Source of the DNA: Pyrinomonadaceae bacterium
Lineage (GTDB): Bacteria > Acidobacteriota > Blastocatellia > Pyrinomonadales > Pyrinomonadaceae
NCBI GenBank assembly: GCA_036522415.1
Contig: DATDFV010000230.1
Coordinates: 43,783-107,782 of the forward strand
Length of the DNA: 64,000 nucleotides
Direction of reading: 5' to 3'
Every line of letters begins with the position of its first letter. Within the stretch, counting starts at the first letter, position 1. Position numbers and translations under genes: made by a program. The notes beneath the pieces are model-generated. The model was not told the origin of the DNA. It ran no database searches and saw only the letters and a list, made by a program, of their open reading frames with translations. Below are positions 18,266 through 28,157 of the stretch, piece by piece.

Positions 18266-18394
18266 CCCGGGACCGCAGGCGTCCCCGCCTGCCTCCGTCC
18301 AGCGGAACCAAACCGCGTGCCCTTGTCCGCTTGTTACTTGAACCCGGCTTGGTTCTGCTGGATGTGGGCAGGCGGGGACGCCTGCGCTCCCAGG
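18266..18394. repeat. family C REPIN (inverted REP doublet)
   Basis: cccgggaccgcaggcgtccccgcctgcc...gggcaggcggggacgcctgcgctcccagg. Each REP has a GCAGGCG-TCCC-CGCCTGC hairpin. Confidence 0.85.
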
Positions 18395-18506
18395 ACCAAC
18401 TATATTGAAATACTTAGGTTTATCGCCCTTGACTTCGTCTCGTCCAAAGTTGAGACTTAGGGCCCTCGTCTTTGTACCAAGCACTTCGAAAACAGAGAGG
18501 TATCCC

Positions 18507-21500
18507 ATGCGCGTCGCAAAAGTGCCTACGACCCCGCCTAAACTGCGTTCAGTGGCTGTGGCTTTGACCATAGCTATGCTGCTGACATCGTCGTTTCCAG
18601 CGACGTTTGGGCAGACTGCCGTACAACAACAGCGTGCTCCTGCCAGTACCAAACGGCCGCTGACCCACAAAGACTACGACGCGTGGCGATCAATTCAGGC
18701 AGCCCAAATCTCTCGAGATGGTAAGTTCATCGCGTACGCGTTCATGCCGCAGGATGGTGACGGTGAAATCGTCGTGCGAAACATCGCGGCGGGTACCGAA
18801 TGGCGAGCACCTCGCGGCTATCGACCACCAGTCCCGCCGCCGGATGATCCGGGCGCAAACCTCGTGGAGTTTCAAGCGGGTCAGACACGTTTATTACGTC
18901 CCGTTTTCACTTACGACACGCACTATGTTGTGTTTGGCACCGAGCCGGACAAGGCTGACCTAACGAAGGCGAAGAAGCAGAAGAAGAAACCGGAAGAGAT
19001 GCCAAAGAACGGGTTGGCAATCATGGATCTTGCGAATGGCTCCGTTACCCGCATTGAAAGAGTGAAGAGTTTTCAGGTACCTGAGGAAGGCGCTGGCTTC
19101 ATCGCTTATCTGCGGGAGGCGCCACTTCCAGACAAGTCCACGGAGCCTGCAAAGGATACTGCCGCATCAACTAATCCAGAGACCACATCAGCTCCAAATG
19201 CCAAACCACAAACAGGACCATCCGCTAAGAAGAAGGAATATGGCACCGACCTGGTCTTGCGAGACACGAACACAGGAATCGAGCGAAAATTCGAAGACGT
19301 GCTGGACTTCACCTTCAGTAAAGACGCGAAGTCTCTTGTCTTTGCCACATCGTCAAAAAAAGAGGAAACAAATGGAGTCTTTGCCTTAACTCCCGGAAGT
19401 GATAGTGCGGCAGCTGTGTTGCTGACCGGCAAAGGCAAGTATCAACGATTGACCTGGGACGAAGACAATACGCAGCTGGCATTCATCAGTGATCGAGACG
19501 ATGCAGAAGCGAAACAACCAAAGTTCAAGCTCTATCATTGGAATCGAAAGGATCCTCAAGCAGCTGAAATTGTTTCCTGGCAGACAGAAGGTTTTAGACA
19601 AGACTTTGTGATCAGCGATAAAGGTAATCTGAGCTTTTCACTGGACGGCAGTCGATTGTTCTTTGGAACTGCGCCACCACAGGAACCGGAAAGGAGTGCT
19701 GATGACGAGATCCCGGCGGACGAAAAGGTCCTGGTTGATCTTTGGCACTGGAAGGACGACTACATCCAACCTATTCAGAAGATCCGCGCTGAACAAGACA
19801 GAAACAAGTCATATCGATCGGTGTATAACTTCAATGACAAAAAGTTTGTGCAATTGGCGGACGAGACGATGGAGTCTGTTAGTCCATCGAACGATGGCAG
19901 CTATGCGATCGGTTCTGACAATCGCAAGTATCGCGTTATCTCTGATTACGATCCCGGCTTTGCAGACTATTACCTCGTTAACACTTCCGACGGTTCACGA
20001 AAGCCGTTGTTAGCCAAACAACGAGCAACCTATTCCCTGTCGCCGAAAGCAAAATACGCGATCTACTTTGACGGCAAGGACTGGAATTCCTATTCGGTTG
20101 CCGACGGTCGGGTCGCAAATCTGACGGCGAATATTAAGGCGCAGTTCTTTAACGAAGAAAACGACCTTCCTCAAAGTCCCGGTTCTTATGGAATAGCAGG
20201 CTGGACCAAAGACGATCGTGACGTATTGATCTATGACCGTTATGACATTTGGCAAATCTCACCCGACGGCACTCAAGTCAAAATCCTGACTGACGGCGTC
20301 GGGAGAAAACAGAAGATAGTGCTTCGTTACGTCCGATTGGATCCGAAGGAGCGATTCATCGATCCTGACAAACCGATGCTGTTACAAGCCGACAACGAAG
20401 ATACTCACGACAGTGGATTCTTTCGGGATAAGGTCAACAGTAACGAATGGCCACAGAAACTGCTGATGGCTGCGAAGGACTTCGGAAATCCAACCAAGGC
20501 GCATGACGCGGACGTGCTGATGTTGACCGCGTCTCGTTTTGATCAGTTTCCTGACTTGTGGGTTACGAACGGAGACTTTCGTGAGTTGAAGCGAATGAGT
20601 AACGGAGATGCGCAAAGAGCGCAATTCAACTGGGGAACCGCGGAACTCGTCGCTTACAAAAACACTGACGGTGTGCCGTTGAAAGGTTTGCTTCTCAAGC
20701 CTGACAACTTCGATCCAAAGAAGAAGTATCCGATGATCGTTTACATCTATGAACGCCTAACACAGGGACTTCATACTTTCCGTCCACCTGCGCCGGGTAC
20801 GTCGATCAATCCTACGTTCTACGTAAGCAATGGTTACCTGATCTACATGCCGGACATTGTCTACACCGTTGGTTATCCCGGTCCAAGTGCTCTGAAGTGT
20901 GTCTTGCCTGCTATTCAAGCTGTAGTCGATCGTGGTTTTGTTGATGAGAATGCGATTGGTATTCAAGGGCACAGCTGGGGTGGTTATCAGATCGCCTACA
21001 TGGTGACGCAAACAAATAGGTTTAAAGCAGCGGCTCCAGGCGCGCTTGTCTCGAATATGACGAGCGCATACAGCGGTATTCGATGGGGAACGGGCCTGGC
21101 TCGGCAGTTTCAATACGAGCGGACGCAGTCGCGGATTGGCGGCAGTCTTTGGGATTACCCGCTACGTTTTCTTGATAACTCGCCTCTCTTCCGAGCAGAT
21201 CGTGTGCAGACACCGCTGTTAATGATTGCTAACGACGAAGATGATGCGGTGCCATGGCAGCAGGGAATCGAGTTCTATCTCGCGCTGCGTCGATTGAATA
21301 AAGAAGTCTACATGTTTAGCTACAATGGTGAAAAACATGGACTCCGAAAGCGGATTAACCAGAAAGACTACACGCGACGTCTACAGGAATTCTTCGATCA
21401 TTTCCTGAAAGGAGCGCCGTCTCCCGAATGGATGGAGAAAGGCATTCCGTATTTGCAACGTGAAAAGGAGAAGGAGAAGTATAGAGCGACGGACCAGTGA
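18507..21500 (+). CDS. S9-family serine peptidase (prolyl oligopeptidase/DPP type) with N-terminal beta-propeller, secreted
   Basis: GHSWGG catalytic Ser motif with D and H downstream. Signal peptide from MRVAKV (GAGAGG RBS). The ORF track starts upstream at 18405. Confidence 0.85.
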   Translation: MRVAKVPTTPPKLRSVAVALTIAMLLTSSFPATFGQTAVQQQRAPASTKRPLTHKDYDAWRSIQAAQISRDGKFIAYAFMPQDGDGEIVVRNIAAGTEWRAPRGYRPPVPPPDDPGANLVEFQAGQTRLLRPVFTYDTHYVVFGTEPDKADLTKAKKQKKKPEEMPKNGLAIMDLANGSVTRIERVKSFQVPEEGAGFIAYLREAPLPDKSTEPAKDTAASTNPETTSAPNAKPQTGPSAKKKEYGTDLVLRDTNTGIERKFEDVLDFTFSKDAKSLVFATSSKKEETNGVFALTPGSDSAAAVLLTGKGKYQRLTWDEDNTQLAFISDRDDAEAKQPKFKLYHWNRKDPQAAEIVSWQTEGFRQDFVISDKGNLSFSLDGSRLFFGTAPPQEPERSADDEIPADEKVLVDLWHWKDDYIQPIQKIRAEQDRNKSYRSVYNFNDKKFVQLADETMESVSPSNDGSYAIGSDNRKYRVISDYDPGFADYYLVNTSDGSRKPLLAKQRATYSLSPKAKYAIYFDGKDWNSYSVADGRVANLTANIKAQFFNEENDLPQSPGSYGIAGWTKDDRDVLIYDRYDIWQISPDGTQVKILTDGVGRKQKIVLRYVRLDPKERFIDPDKPMLLQADNEDTHDSGFFRDKVNSNEWPQKLLMAAKDFGNPTKAHDADVLMLTASRFDQFPDLWVTNGDFRELKRMSNGDAQRAQFNWGTAELVAYKNTDGVPLKGLLLKPDNFDPKKKYPMIVYIYERLTQGLHTFRPPAPGTSINPTFYVSNGYLIYMPDIVYTVGYPGPSALKCVLPAIQAVVDRGFVDENAIGIQGHSWGGYQIAYMVTQTNRFKAAAPGALVSNMTSAYSGIRWGTGLARQFQYERTQSRIGGSLWDYPLRFLDNSPLFRADRVQTPLLMIANDEDDAVPWQQGIEFYLALRRLNKEVYMFSYNGEKHGLRKRINQKDYTRRLQEFFDHFLKGAPSPEWMEKGIPYLQREKEKEKYRATDQ

Positions 21501-21545
21501 AACAGACGATTGCCAATTTCCGATTGCCAAGTGCCGATTTGCTTG

Positions 21546-21649
21546 AATGTCCGACGAACTTTAGTTTGTCGTCTGCGGCCAACGAGGTACTCGGAATAAC
21601 ACGAAGTCCGCAAATCCAACGAACGACAAACTAAAGTTCGTCGGACATT
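21546..21649. mobile_element. family B MITE-like element (24-bp perfect TIRs), nested inside an older palindrome 21508-21690
   Basis: TIR ATGTCCGACGAACTTTAGTTTGTCGT ... ACGACAAACTAAAGTTCGTCGGACAT. It is flanked on both sides by TTGAA. The outer arms gattgccaatttccgattgccaagtgccgatttgc and gcaaatcggcaat...cggaaatcggcaatc are inverted. Confidence 0.75.
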
Positions 21650-21685
21650 GAAGCAAATCGGCAATAGACAATCGGAAATCGGCAA

Positions 21686-22480
21686 TCACCTTACCGCTCT
21701 CAATCTCGACTCCAAATTCTCCCGACGGCTGCGGCTGAGCTTCAATTGAATGCCATCTTCGAGCACGACAATGTAGTCGCCGTTGAAATGTGGGTGGAGC
21801 TCTTTGATTCGCTCGAGGTTGACGATGATTGAACGGTGAATTCGAACGAACCGTTGTGGATCGAGTTGTGATTCGAGCTCCTGCATCTTCTCGCGGAGTA
21901 GATGAGCTTTCTTTCCGACATGCAGTTTTGCGTAATTGCCGTCAGCCTCAATCCAATCAATCTGGTCAACACGAAGAAGTATTACCCGGCTGGCAAGCTT
22001 GATCATCACTCGACTTAGATAGGGCTTAGAGCCGGTTGATAGGCCTTTGTGGCTCTCGCGTTCTTCAAGTAGCGCCAAGAGTCGCTTACTCACTTTGTTA
22101 ATTTCGCGACTCTCGATTTGCGACTTAGCGCGCTGGAGTGCTTGTGTAAACCGCAAATCGTCATAGGGCTTGAGAAGATAATCGAGAGCATGGACCTCAA
22201 AAGCCTTGAGCGCATATTGATCAAACGCAGTGACAAAAACGATCGCCTGAACCAGTTCGGGACCAACGCTTTCAAGTACATCAAAGCCATCCATCTCGGG
22301 CATTTGAATATCGAGAAAGATTAAATCTGGTCGAGACGTTTCAATTGCTTTGATAGCTTCTTTACCATTCCGGCACTCACCAAGTATTTCGATTTGTGGA
22401 TCACGCTCGAGCAGCAGACGAAGATTGCGCCGCGCCAGCGGCTCATCATCGACGATTAGTGTTTTGATTCGGTCTGGCAA
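21686..22480 (-). CDS. LytTR-family response regulator
   Basis: REC domain (LIVDDEPLAR...DLIFLDIQMP) plus a C-terminal LytTR DNA-binding domain. Confidence 0.9.
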   Translation of the reverse strand: MPDRIKTLIVDDEPLARRNLRLLLERDPQIEILGECRNGKEAIKAIETSRPDLIFLDIQMPEMDGFDVLESVGPELVQAIVFVTAFDQYALKAFEVHALDYLLKPYDDLRFTQALQRAKSQIESREINKVSKRLLALLEERESHKGLSTGSKPYLSRVMIKLASRVILLRVDQIDWIEADGNYAKLHVGKKAHLLREKMQELESQLDPQRFVRIHRSIIVNLERIKELHPHFNGDYIVVLEDGIQLKLSRSRRENLESRLRAVR

Positions 22481-22527
22481 AGAATTTAAGAGTTAAGATT
22501 TCAGATTGAAGATTGGTTGGGGAAACA

Positions 22528-22555
22528 GGACCTATATGATCTATTGGACCTATAG
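22528..22555. repeat. family G element between the kinase and regulator genes
   Basis: aggacctatatgatctattggacctatag. Confidence 0.7.
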
Positions 22556-23695
22556 TCTTTTGAGGGGCATTACCACCTCCACCTCCACCCCTCCTTGGTC
22601 ACGATTTCTAATATCGAACCGATAATTTTCGCCGTAAAGTTGTTGTAGGCGCGCAATGGTGTTTGCCAGCCCGATTCCACTACTCGTCTTGAGTTGCCAA
22701 TTATTTGGCAACCCGGCGCCGTTGTCTGCGACTGTGATAGACAGTCGGCCATCGCACTTAATGGCGATGATTTTTATCGAACCCGCTTCAGCACTGCGTC
22801 CGACTCCGTGTTTCAAAGCGTTTTCGAGGAGAGGTTGTAACAGAAGATTTGGTACGAGAGCCTGAGTGGTGGACGGGTCGATATCAAAGTCAACCTGCAG
22901 TCGATCTGAGAAGCGCATTTGCTGGATGCTCAAGTAGAGTTTTATGAAATTCAACTCTTCTTTGAGTTCGACCTCTTGTTGATCGGAGTGCTCCAGGGCA
23001 TGGCGCAGCAGATCGCTTAGACCTACGAGCATTGTGACTGCTGCCTGGTTGTTGTTGTCGCGAACCAGTCCAACTATTCCGTTCAGCGTGTTGAACAGAA
23101 AATGCGGATGCAGTTGCATTCGTAAAGAGTCTAACTGTGCTTGGGCCAGCTGTGTTTCCAGTTGCGCAGCTACAAATTCGCGCTCGCGGTATTTACGGTA
23201 GTAGTCGATCGCATAACAGATGCCTACGACTCCGCCGTAGATCAAGAGGTCGGCACCGAGTGAACCTTTGAAGCGCGCGACAAAGCGCGGCCAAAAAGCG
23301 GTTGGGCTCGAGCCCATGTTGTCCCAGGGTTGAACGGTTAAGACGATTGCAACTGCGGCGGCACTATGAAGTGCGGAGAAGAGAACGAATGCCGGGATGT
23401 GAACTGCAAGACCACTTTTCCATGAGCCACCAACGAGCGGAACGCGGCGCGCGAGACTGATCATGGCTGGAGTTAACGGTGCCCACACTAGCCACGTAAG
23501 TATTCCCCATGCAAACACTCTGACAAGTGAATGCACCATCCCCTCTGCTCGGACTTCGAGGTAAATCGGAATCACATAGATGATGCCGAGCAGAAGCCAC
23601 GCGCCGCTAATGACCGACCACTTTAGAAATGAATTGCGTTGCAGCGGACTGGATTGAGGTTGAAATGCGTAGACCGGTGATTCGAAGGTTTCCAT
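22550..23695 (-). CDS. sensor histidine kinase, LytS/YehU-like (5-6 TM + His_kinase + HATPase)
   Basis: HPHFLFNTLN H-box and a GxGL ATPase motif. Confidence 0.85.
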   Translation of the reverse strand: METFESPVYAFQPQSSPLQRNSFLKWSVISGAWLLLGIIYVIPIYLEVRAEGMVHSLVRVFAWGILTWLVWAPLTPAMISLARRVPLVGGSWKSGLAVHIPAFVLFSALHSAAAVAIVLTVQPWDNMGSSPTAFWPRFVARFKGSLGADLLIYGGVVGICYAIDYYRKYREREFVAAQLETQLAQAQLDSLRMQLHPHFLFNTLNGIVGLVRDNNNQAAVTMLVGLSDLLRHALEHSDQQEVELKEELNFIKLYLSIQQMRFSDRLQVDFDIDPSTTQALVPNLLLQPLLENALKHGVGRSAEAGSIKIIAIKCDGRLSITVADNGAGLPNNWQLKTSSGIGLANTIARLQQLYGENYRFDIRNRDQGGVEVEVVMPLKRL

Positions 23696-23744
23696 TTGAC
23701 AGTCTTGGAGTGCGTCAATACCTACCGCACTCCATAATTGTACT

Positions 23745-23846
23745 ATGTCCGACGAACTTTAGTTTGTCGTGGTGATTGCCAGTCCCTCTGATACACGGCA
23801 AAGGTCTGAAATCGCACGCACGACAAACTAAAGTTCGTCGGACATT
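23745..23846. mobile_element. family B MITE-like element
   Basis: ATGTCCGACGAACTTTAGTTTGTCG ... CGACAAACTAAAGTTCGTCGGACAT. Confidence 0.8.
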
Positions 23847-23866
23847 GCTAACATTACGCCCAGGGT

Positions 23867-24946
23867 TCACATGCTGGACGTAGAGTTTCCTGCTGACTTT
23901 CGTTCGACCTTAACGCTCAACGTGTACTGGTTCTTCTGCCCGGCAACGGGACGAACATTCACGACGCCAGTCCACGATCCACCCTTTTCATCATTAAATG
24001 TCCACCACGTTTGTAGTGGGTTCCTGGTGGAGTCCGCAGTTACTCTCGTCCATTTTGCGATGGGCGGTCCGTACGTTCGATTTGAAGCGATAGCGTTGTT
24101 GACTGCTTCGAGCAGATCGGTAGCTGTGGATTCTGTGGTTATGGCCCAGCTGTTCTCCCAGTTATCAACAGAACCAGATCTGGTAAGCGGGCGCCAGCCA
24201 CCTTCAGCGACTTTCACGTCGTAGTTGAATCGCAGGTACTTATCGGCGAGCATTGCACGCACAAACTTGGAGTCAGGATCCCAGTTGTATTCCATACCAA
24301 GAGCGGCCATTTGTGCAGTGCCTCTACCGTAGAGCCGTTCAATCACGTGCAGAGCACCATCGATCCCAGACGACAGACCAGCGGTTGTGATGATGTGGCC
24401 GTTGTCGACGAAGCGTCTGTCGTCAACAACTTTTACTTTTGGTGCTTCTTGTCTCAGCAAGGGTATGAGACCAGCTGTCGTTGTTGCTTCCATTCCATCA
24501 AGCAGACCGGCTTTTGCAAGTATGAAAGCGCCATTACATACGGACATCACAATCTCAGCATTCTTTGACATGTCCTGAACCCACTTCAACACAGTTGGAC
24601 TGTCTACCTGGCTGCGTACATCGCCTCCCGGCACGAGCAGAACGTCGGGCTTAGGCGCGTTTTCGAAACTGAATTTTGGATTCACACTCATGCCCATCGA
24701 AGTTGTGATGGCATTTGTCTTTTCGGAGACGGTGTAAATGTTGAATGCCTGCCCATCGTTACTGTAGGTGTGACCAAATGTTTCATACGGGCCGGTGTAA
24801 TCGATGATTTGCACGCCATCGAAGATCAGAATCGCGAGATTGCGTGGCGGCTTTGATGACTTTGCAGGCGTTTGCGCACATGCAGTTATAACCAACAGAG
24901 CGATTGCCACAATCGCCAACGAGAGACTTAGTTTGATGTGTTTCAT
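23867..24946 (-). CDS. DJ-1/PfpI-family protein with C-terminal extension, lipoprotein signal
   Basis: DJ-1/PfpI fold (ILIFDGVQIIDYTGPYE...SVCNGAFILAKAGLLDG). Start at MKHIKLSL...ITAC (lipobox). The ORF track extends to 25006. Confidence 0.75.
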   Translation of the reverse strand: MKHIKLSLSLAIVAIALLVITACAQTPAKSSKPPRNLAILIFDGVQIIDYTGPYETFGHTYSNDGQAFNIYTVSEKTNAITTSMGMSVNPKFSFENAPKPDVLLVPGGDVRSQVDSPTVLKWVQDMSKNAEIVMSVCNGAFILAKAGLLDGMEATTTAGLIPLLRQEAPKVKVVDDRRFVDNGHIITTAGLSSGIDGALHVIERLYGRGTAQMAALGMEYNWDPDSKFVRAMLADKYLRFNYDVKVAEGGWRPLTRSGSVDNWENSWAITTESTATDLLEAVNNAIASNRTYGPPIAKWTRVTADSTRNPLQTWWTFNDEKGGSWTGVVNVRPVAGQKNQYTLSVKVERKSAGNSTSSM

Positions 24947-24962
24947 AACAACTCCTTTGAAT

Positions 24963-25050
24963 GTTCTCTCTGCGTCTCTGCATCTCTGCGGTGCCATTTG
25001 GCTCAAGGATGATTAACCGCAGAGACGCAGAGAACGCAGAGACGCAGAGG
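24963..25050. repeat. family E hairpin (TCTCTGC-type arms) in the 5' region of the DJ-1 gene
   Basis: gttctctctgcgtctctgcatctctgcgg...ccgcagagacgcagagaacgcagagacgcagagg. Confidence 0.8.
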
Positions 25051-25333
25051 CGTTACCTGCCGCGGATTTGGCGATAAGAAAATTTAGAATTGCGCGCATT
25101 TAAAGGATTGACGACCTGCTCTGTGCGCCTGGTGACCTGGTTAATCATGTGATCAATTTCCGAGCGGAGAAAATGACCGCGAACAACAGGCGCACAGAGA
25201 CCTTTGATATCCAGAGTCTAAGCGCACATCGTTTCGCCGCCATTCACATTGTCACGGGGTGGGCGAATGAGTGTGTAGAATGCGGGTTTGGTGTGACGAA
25301 CCGCAGTTTGGGCAGTTGTCAGTCAAGTGAGCT

Positions 25334-25360
25334 ATAGGACCTATTCGACTCATGGGACCT
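25334..25360. repeat. family G element
   Basis: ataggacctattcgactcatgggacct. Confidence 0.55.
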
Positions 25361-25459
25361 GTTCCAACGACCATTGACCACTGACCCTTTTGCTTGTCCC
25401 TGAATCGGATGCTAACATCAAAAATCAACCCAATATCACTTGCCAAAAGAGCAAAAACC

Positions 25460-25981
25460 ATGCAGGACGAACAACCAACTTTTAAGGTCACTGATCGACG
25501 GCTCTTTAACGCTGACGGAACGCCTCGAGACTTGCCACCGGAAGAGAGCGCCGAGACTGCCGCCGCGGTTCCCGCAAGTGCTCCGGAGCCCGCAAAGGCT
25601 GCAACATCTTCGGCTGAGCACCAGGTCGAAGCTCCTCCGCAACCTAGCGAAGAGTTAGACGATGATGAGGAACTCGAAGGCGCACAAGATCCTGCCAGCT
25701 TCGTAAACTTCCTGATGTCAATCGCCTCAAACGCTGCCTCAGCATTAGGCATGATGGAAAATCCGGTTACTCATCAACGCGAGGTGGATCTTCAGTTGGG
25801 CAAGCAGTGGATTGACGTGCTCGGAATGCTGCAGAAAAAGACGCAAGGGAATCTGACGAAGCAAGAGCAGCAGTTGGTAGAAGGCCTGCTTTCAGATCTG
25901 CGAATGCAGTACGTGTCACTCGCAAACGCGCCGCAAAAAGCCCGGACGTTTTCCGGCAAGGATATTACTGGTGGGAAATAG
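25460..25981 (+). CDS. DUF1844-like protein
   Basis: PASFVNFLMSIASNAASALG...LGKQWIDVLGMLQKKTQGNLT. Start chosen at MQDEQPTF. Confidence 0.6.
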   Translation: MQDEQPTFKVTDRRLFNADGTPRDLPPEESAETAAAVPASAPEPAKAATSSAEHQVEAPPQPSEELDDDEELEGAQDPASFVNFLMSIASNAASALGMMENPVTHQREVDLQLGKQWIDVLGMLQKKTQGNLTKQEQQLVEGLLSDLRMQYVSLANAPQKARTFSGKDITGGK

Positions 25982-26007
25982 AATCTGTTTTTTGGAGGGA
26001 TCGAATC

Positions 26008-26121
26008 ATTTGTCATTTCTCATTTGACATTTTTCAGTTGGTCATTTCTTCAGGATTGAACTCGAAATCAAATTCGTTCAAATGACCAACTGAAAAATGT
26101 CAAATGAGAAATGACAAATGG
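26008..26121. repeat. family H heptamer-array palindrome (TCATTTS)
   Basis: tcatttg tcatttc tcatttg acatttt tcagttg gtcattt, then a 32-nt loop, then the exact inverted array. Confidence 0.85.
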
Positions 26122-26154
26122 CTTCTTAGTTCCCACCCATAAATACCCCATCTT

Positions 26155-26919
26155 ATGAAACTGACCTTTTTAGGCACCGGCACATCCACAGGCGTTCCTT
26201 CAATCGGTTGTGAATGTGAAACCTGCCTTTCGACCGATCCTCATGACAAGCGGCTGCGCGTTTCGGTCATTGTTGAACATGCTGGACGAACGGTTCTGGT
26301 TGATACGTCGTCGGACTTTCGTCAGCAAGCATTGCGCTTTGGTCTGAAGCAACTCGACGCGGTCCTGATCACTCATTGTCATGCAGATCATATCTTTGGA
26401 CTCGACGATATTCGTCCACTCAACTTTCGGTTTGGTGCACTTGGGGTGTATGCAAACGAACGCGCCTGGATCGATATCAAGCGGATCTTCAAATACATCT
26501 TCGAACCGTCACACTTTGGTGGCGGACTGCCACAAGTAATCCCCAACGTGGTCACACCGGGCGCGGCCTTTTGCATAGGAAGGGATTTGGAGATTACTCC
26601 ACTTGAAGTCATTCACGGGCGATTGCCAGTGATGGCTTATCGCTTTAACGACTTCGCATATCTGACAGACCTCAGCGAGATTCCAGTGACCACGATGAAC
26701 GCTCTTCGCGATCTTGATGTCCTTGTTTTGGATTGTCTGCGCTTCAAAGAACATCCAACACATCTTTGGGTTGAGAAGGCCCTGGAGTATGTTGAGCAAT
26801 TACGGCCACGACGAACATTTTTCACGCATATCGCGCACGACATAAAACACGAACGCGATTCGAAGCGACTACCGGCTGGAGTTGAGTTTGCCTACGACGG
26901 AGAAGTGATTTCAGATTGA
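26155..26919 (+). CDS. MBL-fold metallo-hydrolase (PhnP/ElaC-like)
   Basis: HCHADH metal-binding motif and N-terminus MKLTFLGTGTSTGVPS. Confidence 0.8.
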   Translation: MKLTFLGTGTSTGVPSIGCECETCLSTDPHDKRLRVSVIVEHAGRTVLVDTSSDFRQQALRFGLKQLDAVLITHCHADHIFGLDDIRPLNFRFGALGVYANERAWIDIKRIFKYIFEPSHFGGGLPQVIPNVVTPGAAFCIGRDLEITPLEVIHGRLPVMAYRFNDFAYLTDLSEIPVTTMNALRDLDVLVLDCLRFKEHPTHLWVEKALEYVEQLRPRRTFFTHIAHDIKHERDSKRLPAGVEFAYDGEVISD

Positions 26920-26925
26920 AGAAGC

Positions 26926-27009
26926 GGTCTTTGGTCTTTGGTTTTTGGTCTTTGACCTTGGGAAGATCAGAGGCCAAAGACCAAAGGCCAAAGACCAAAG
27001 TCCAAAGAC
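26926..27009. repeat. family F heptamer-array palindrome (GGYCTTY)
   Basis: ggtcttt ggtcttt ggttttt ggtcttt gaccttg...caaagac caaaggc caaagac caaagtc caaagac. Confidence 0.85.
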
Positions 27010-27011
27010 CC

Positions 27012-27965
27012 ATGCGTTTATTCCACGGAACCGATAACGCTGAAATCCAACGACCGACCGTTCTGACCCTCGGTGTGTTTGATGGTCTGCACCTGGGACA
27101 TCAACTGATCATGCGAACGGTCGTTGACAGAGCGCGTGCAGTTGGTGCCATCCCAACAGTAATTACGTTTGATCCGCATCCGCGCGCTGTTCTTCATCCA
27201 GAGTCAGCTCCACCGCTTCTGCAAACATTCGATCAGAAGATCGAAGCCTTTGGAGTGCTCGGTATCGAACAGACAATCGTGGTTCGGTTCACAAAACAGT
27301 TTGCTTCCATTCAGGCCGATCAATTCCTGCGAGACGTCGTGAAGGATCGATTGCATGCAAAAGAGGTTTACCTCGGCAAAGGCTTCGCATTTGGGCACGA
27401 CCGCGAAGGAAACATCGACTTATTGCGCAAGCTTGGGGATGAACTCGGCTTTGTGGCCGGTGAAGTGCCCGAGGTTTGTCTTCGAGGCAAACGTGTCAGC
27501 TCGAGCAAAATCCGTGAGCTGCTGACGCGCGGTCAAGTGAATCTGGCGAGGCGCATGTTAGGTCGCCCCTACGGCGTGGAAGGCCTTGTGGAAAGAGGGG
27601 CGGAGCGCGGCCATAAACTGGGGTTTCCGACAGCCAACCTGCACCCGCATAACCGCGTCATACCCAGGAACGGTGTTTACGTGACGGGAACGTTAATTGA
27701 AGGACAATGGCGGCGCAGCGTGACAAATGTTGGGCTGCGACCAACGTTTGGCGAAGCGACGGAACCTTCGGTTGAGACATACGTAATGAAATGGGACGGG
27801 GATTTGTACGGTGACGTCGTCCGCGTCCGTTTTTTGTATAGGCTCCGCGACGAGCGTAAGTTTGCTTCGATTGACGAGCTGAAAAGTCAGATTGAGCGAG
27901 ACGTCGATCGCGCGAACAGTTATTTTGAGAGGGCCGGCACAAAACATATGCTGGCCGTGATTTGA
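27012..27965 (+). CDS. ribF: bifunctional riboflavin kinase / FAD synthetase
   Basis: VFDGLHLGHQ nucleotidyltransferase motif plus a C-terminal riboflavin-kinase domain. The ORF track starts at 26916 inside the repeat. The ATG at 27012 is preferred. Confidence 0.85.
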   Translation: MRLFHGTDNAEIQRPTVLTLGVFDGLHLGHQLIMRTVVDRARAVGAIPTVITFDPHPRAVLHPESAPPLLQTFDQKIEAFGVLGIEQTIVVRFTKQFASIQADQFLRDVVKDRLHAKEVYLGKGFAFGHDREGNIDLLRKLGDELGFVAGEVPEVCLRGKRVSSSKIRELLTRGQVNLARRMLGRPYGVEGLVERGAERGHKLGFPTANLHPHNRVIPRNGVYVTGTLIEGQWRRSVTNVGLRPTFGEATEPSVETYVMKWDGDLYGDVVRVRFLYRLRDERKFASIDELKSQIERDVDRANSYFERAGTKHMLAVI

Positions 27966-28023
27966 TAATACAAAGAAAAAAGCAAGAGCGATTTTGAACA
28001 AGTACTGTCGACTAGAACAAGTA

Positions 28024-28122
28024 ACGAAGGGCGGTTTACCTCCGCTGGTGCTAAAAGATCAGTTGGGGTTCAATTGGACCAGCTGGGGTAAACCGCCCTT
28101 CGTACTTGTTCTAATTGAGAAG
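28024..28122. repeat. about 100-bp near-perfect palindrome
   Basis: agaacaagtaacgaagggcggtttacc...ggtaaaccgcccttcgtacttgttct. Confidence 0.8.
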
Positions 28123-28157
28123 GCTCTAAAATATTTCTCTGGCAACTGATTCTGTAA

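Noticed and set aside
26916-27011. N-terminal 32-codon extension of ribF through the family F repeat (MKKRSLVFGFWSLTLGRSEAKDQRPKTKVQRP)
   Set aside because: It is a translation of the GGYCTTY heptamer palindrome. The ATG at 27012 is directly followed by the conserved RibF N-terminus.
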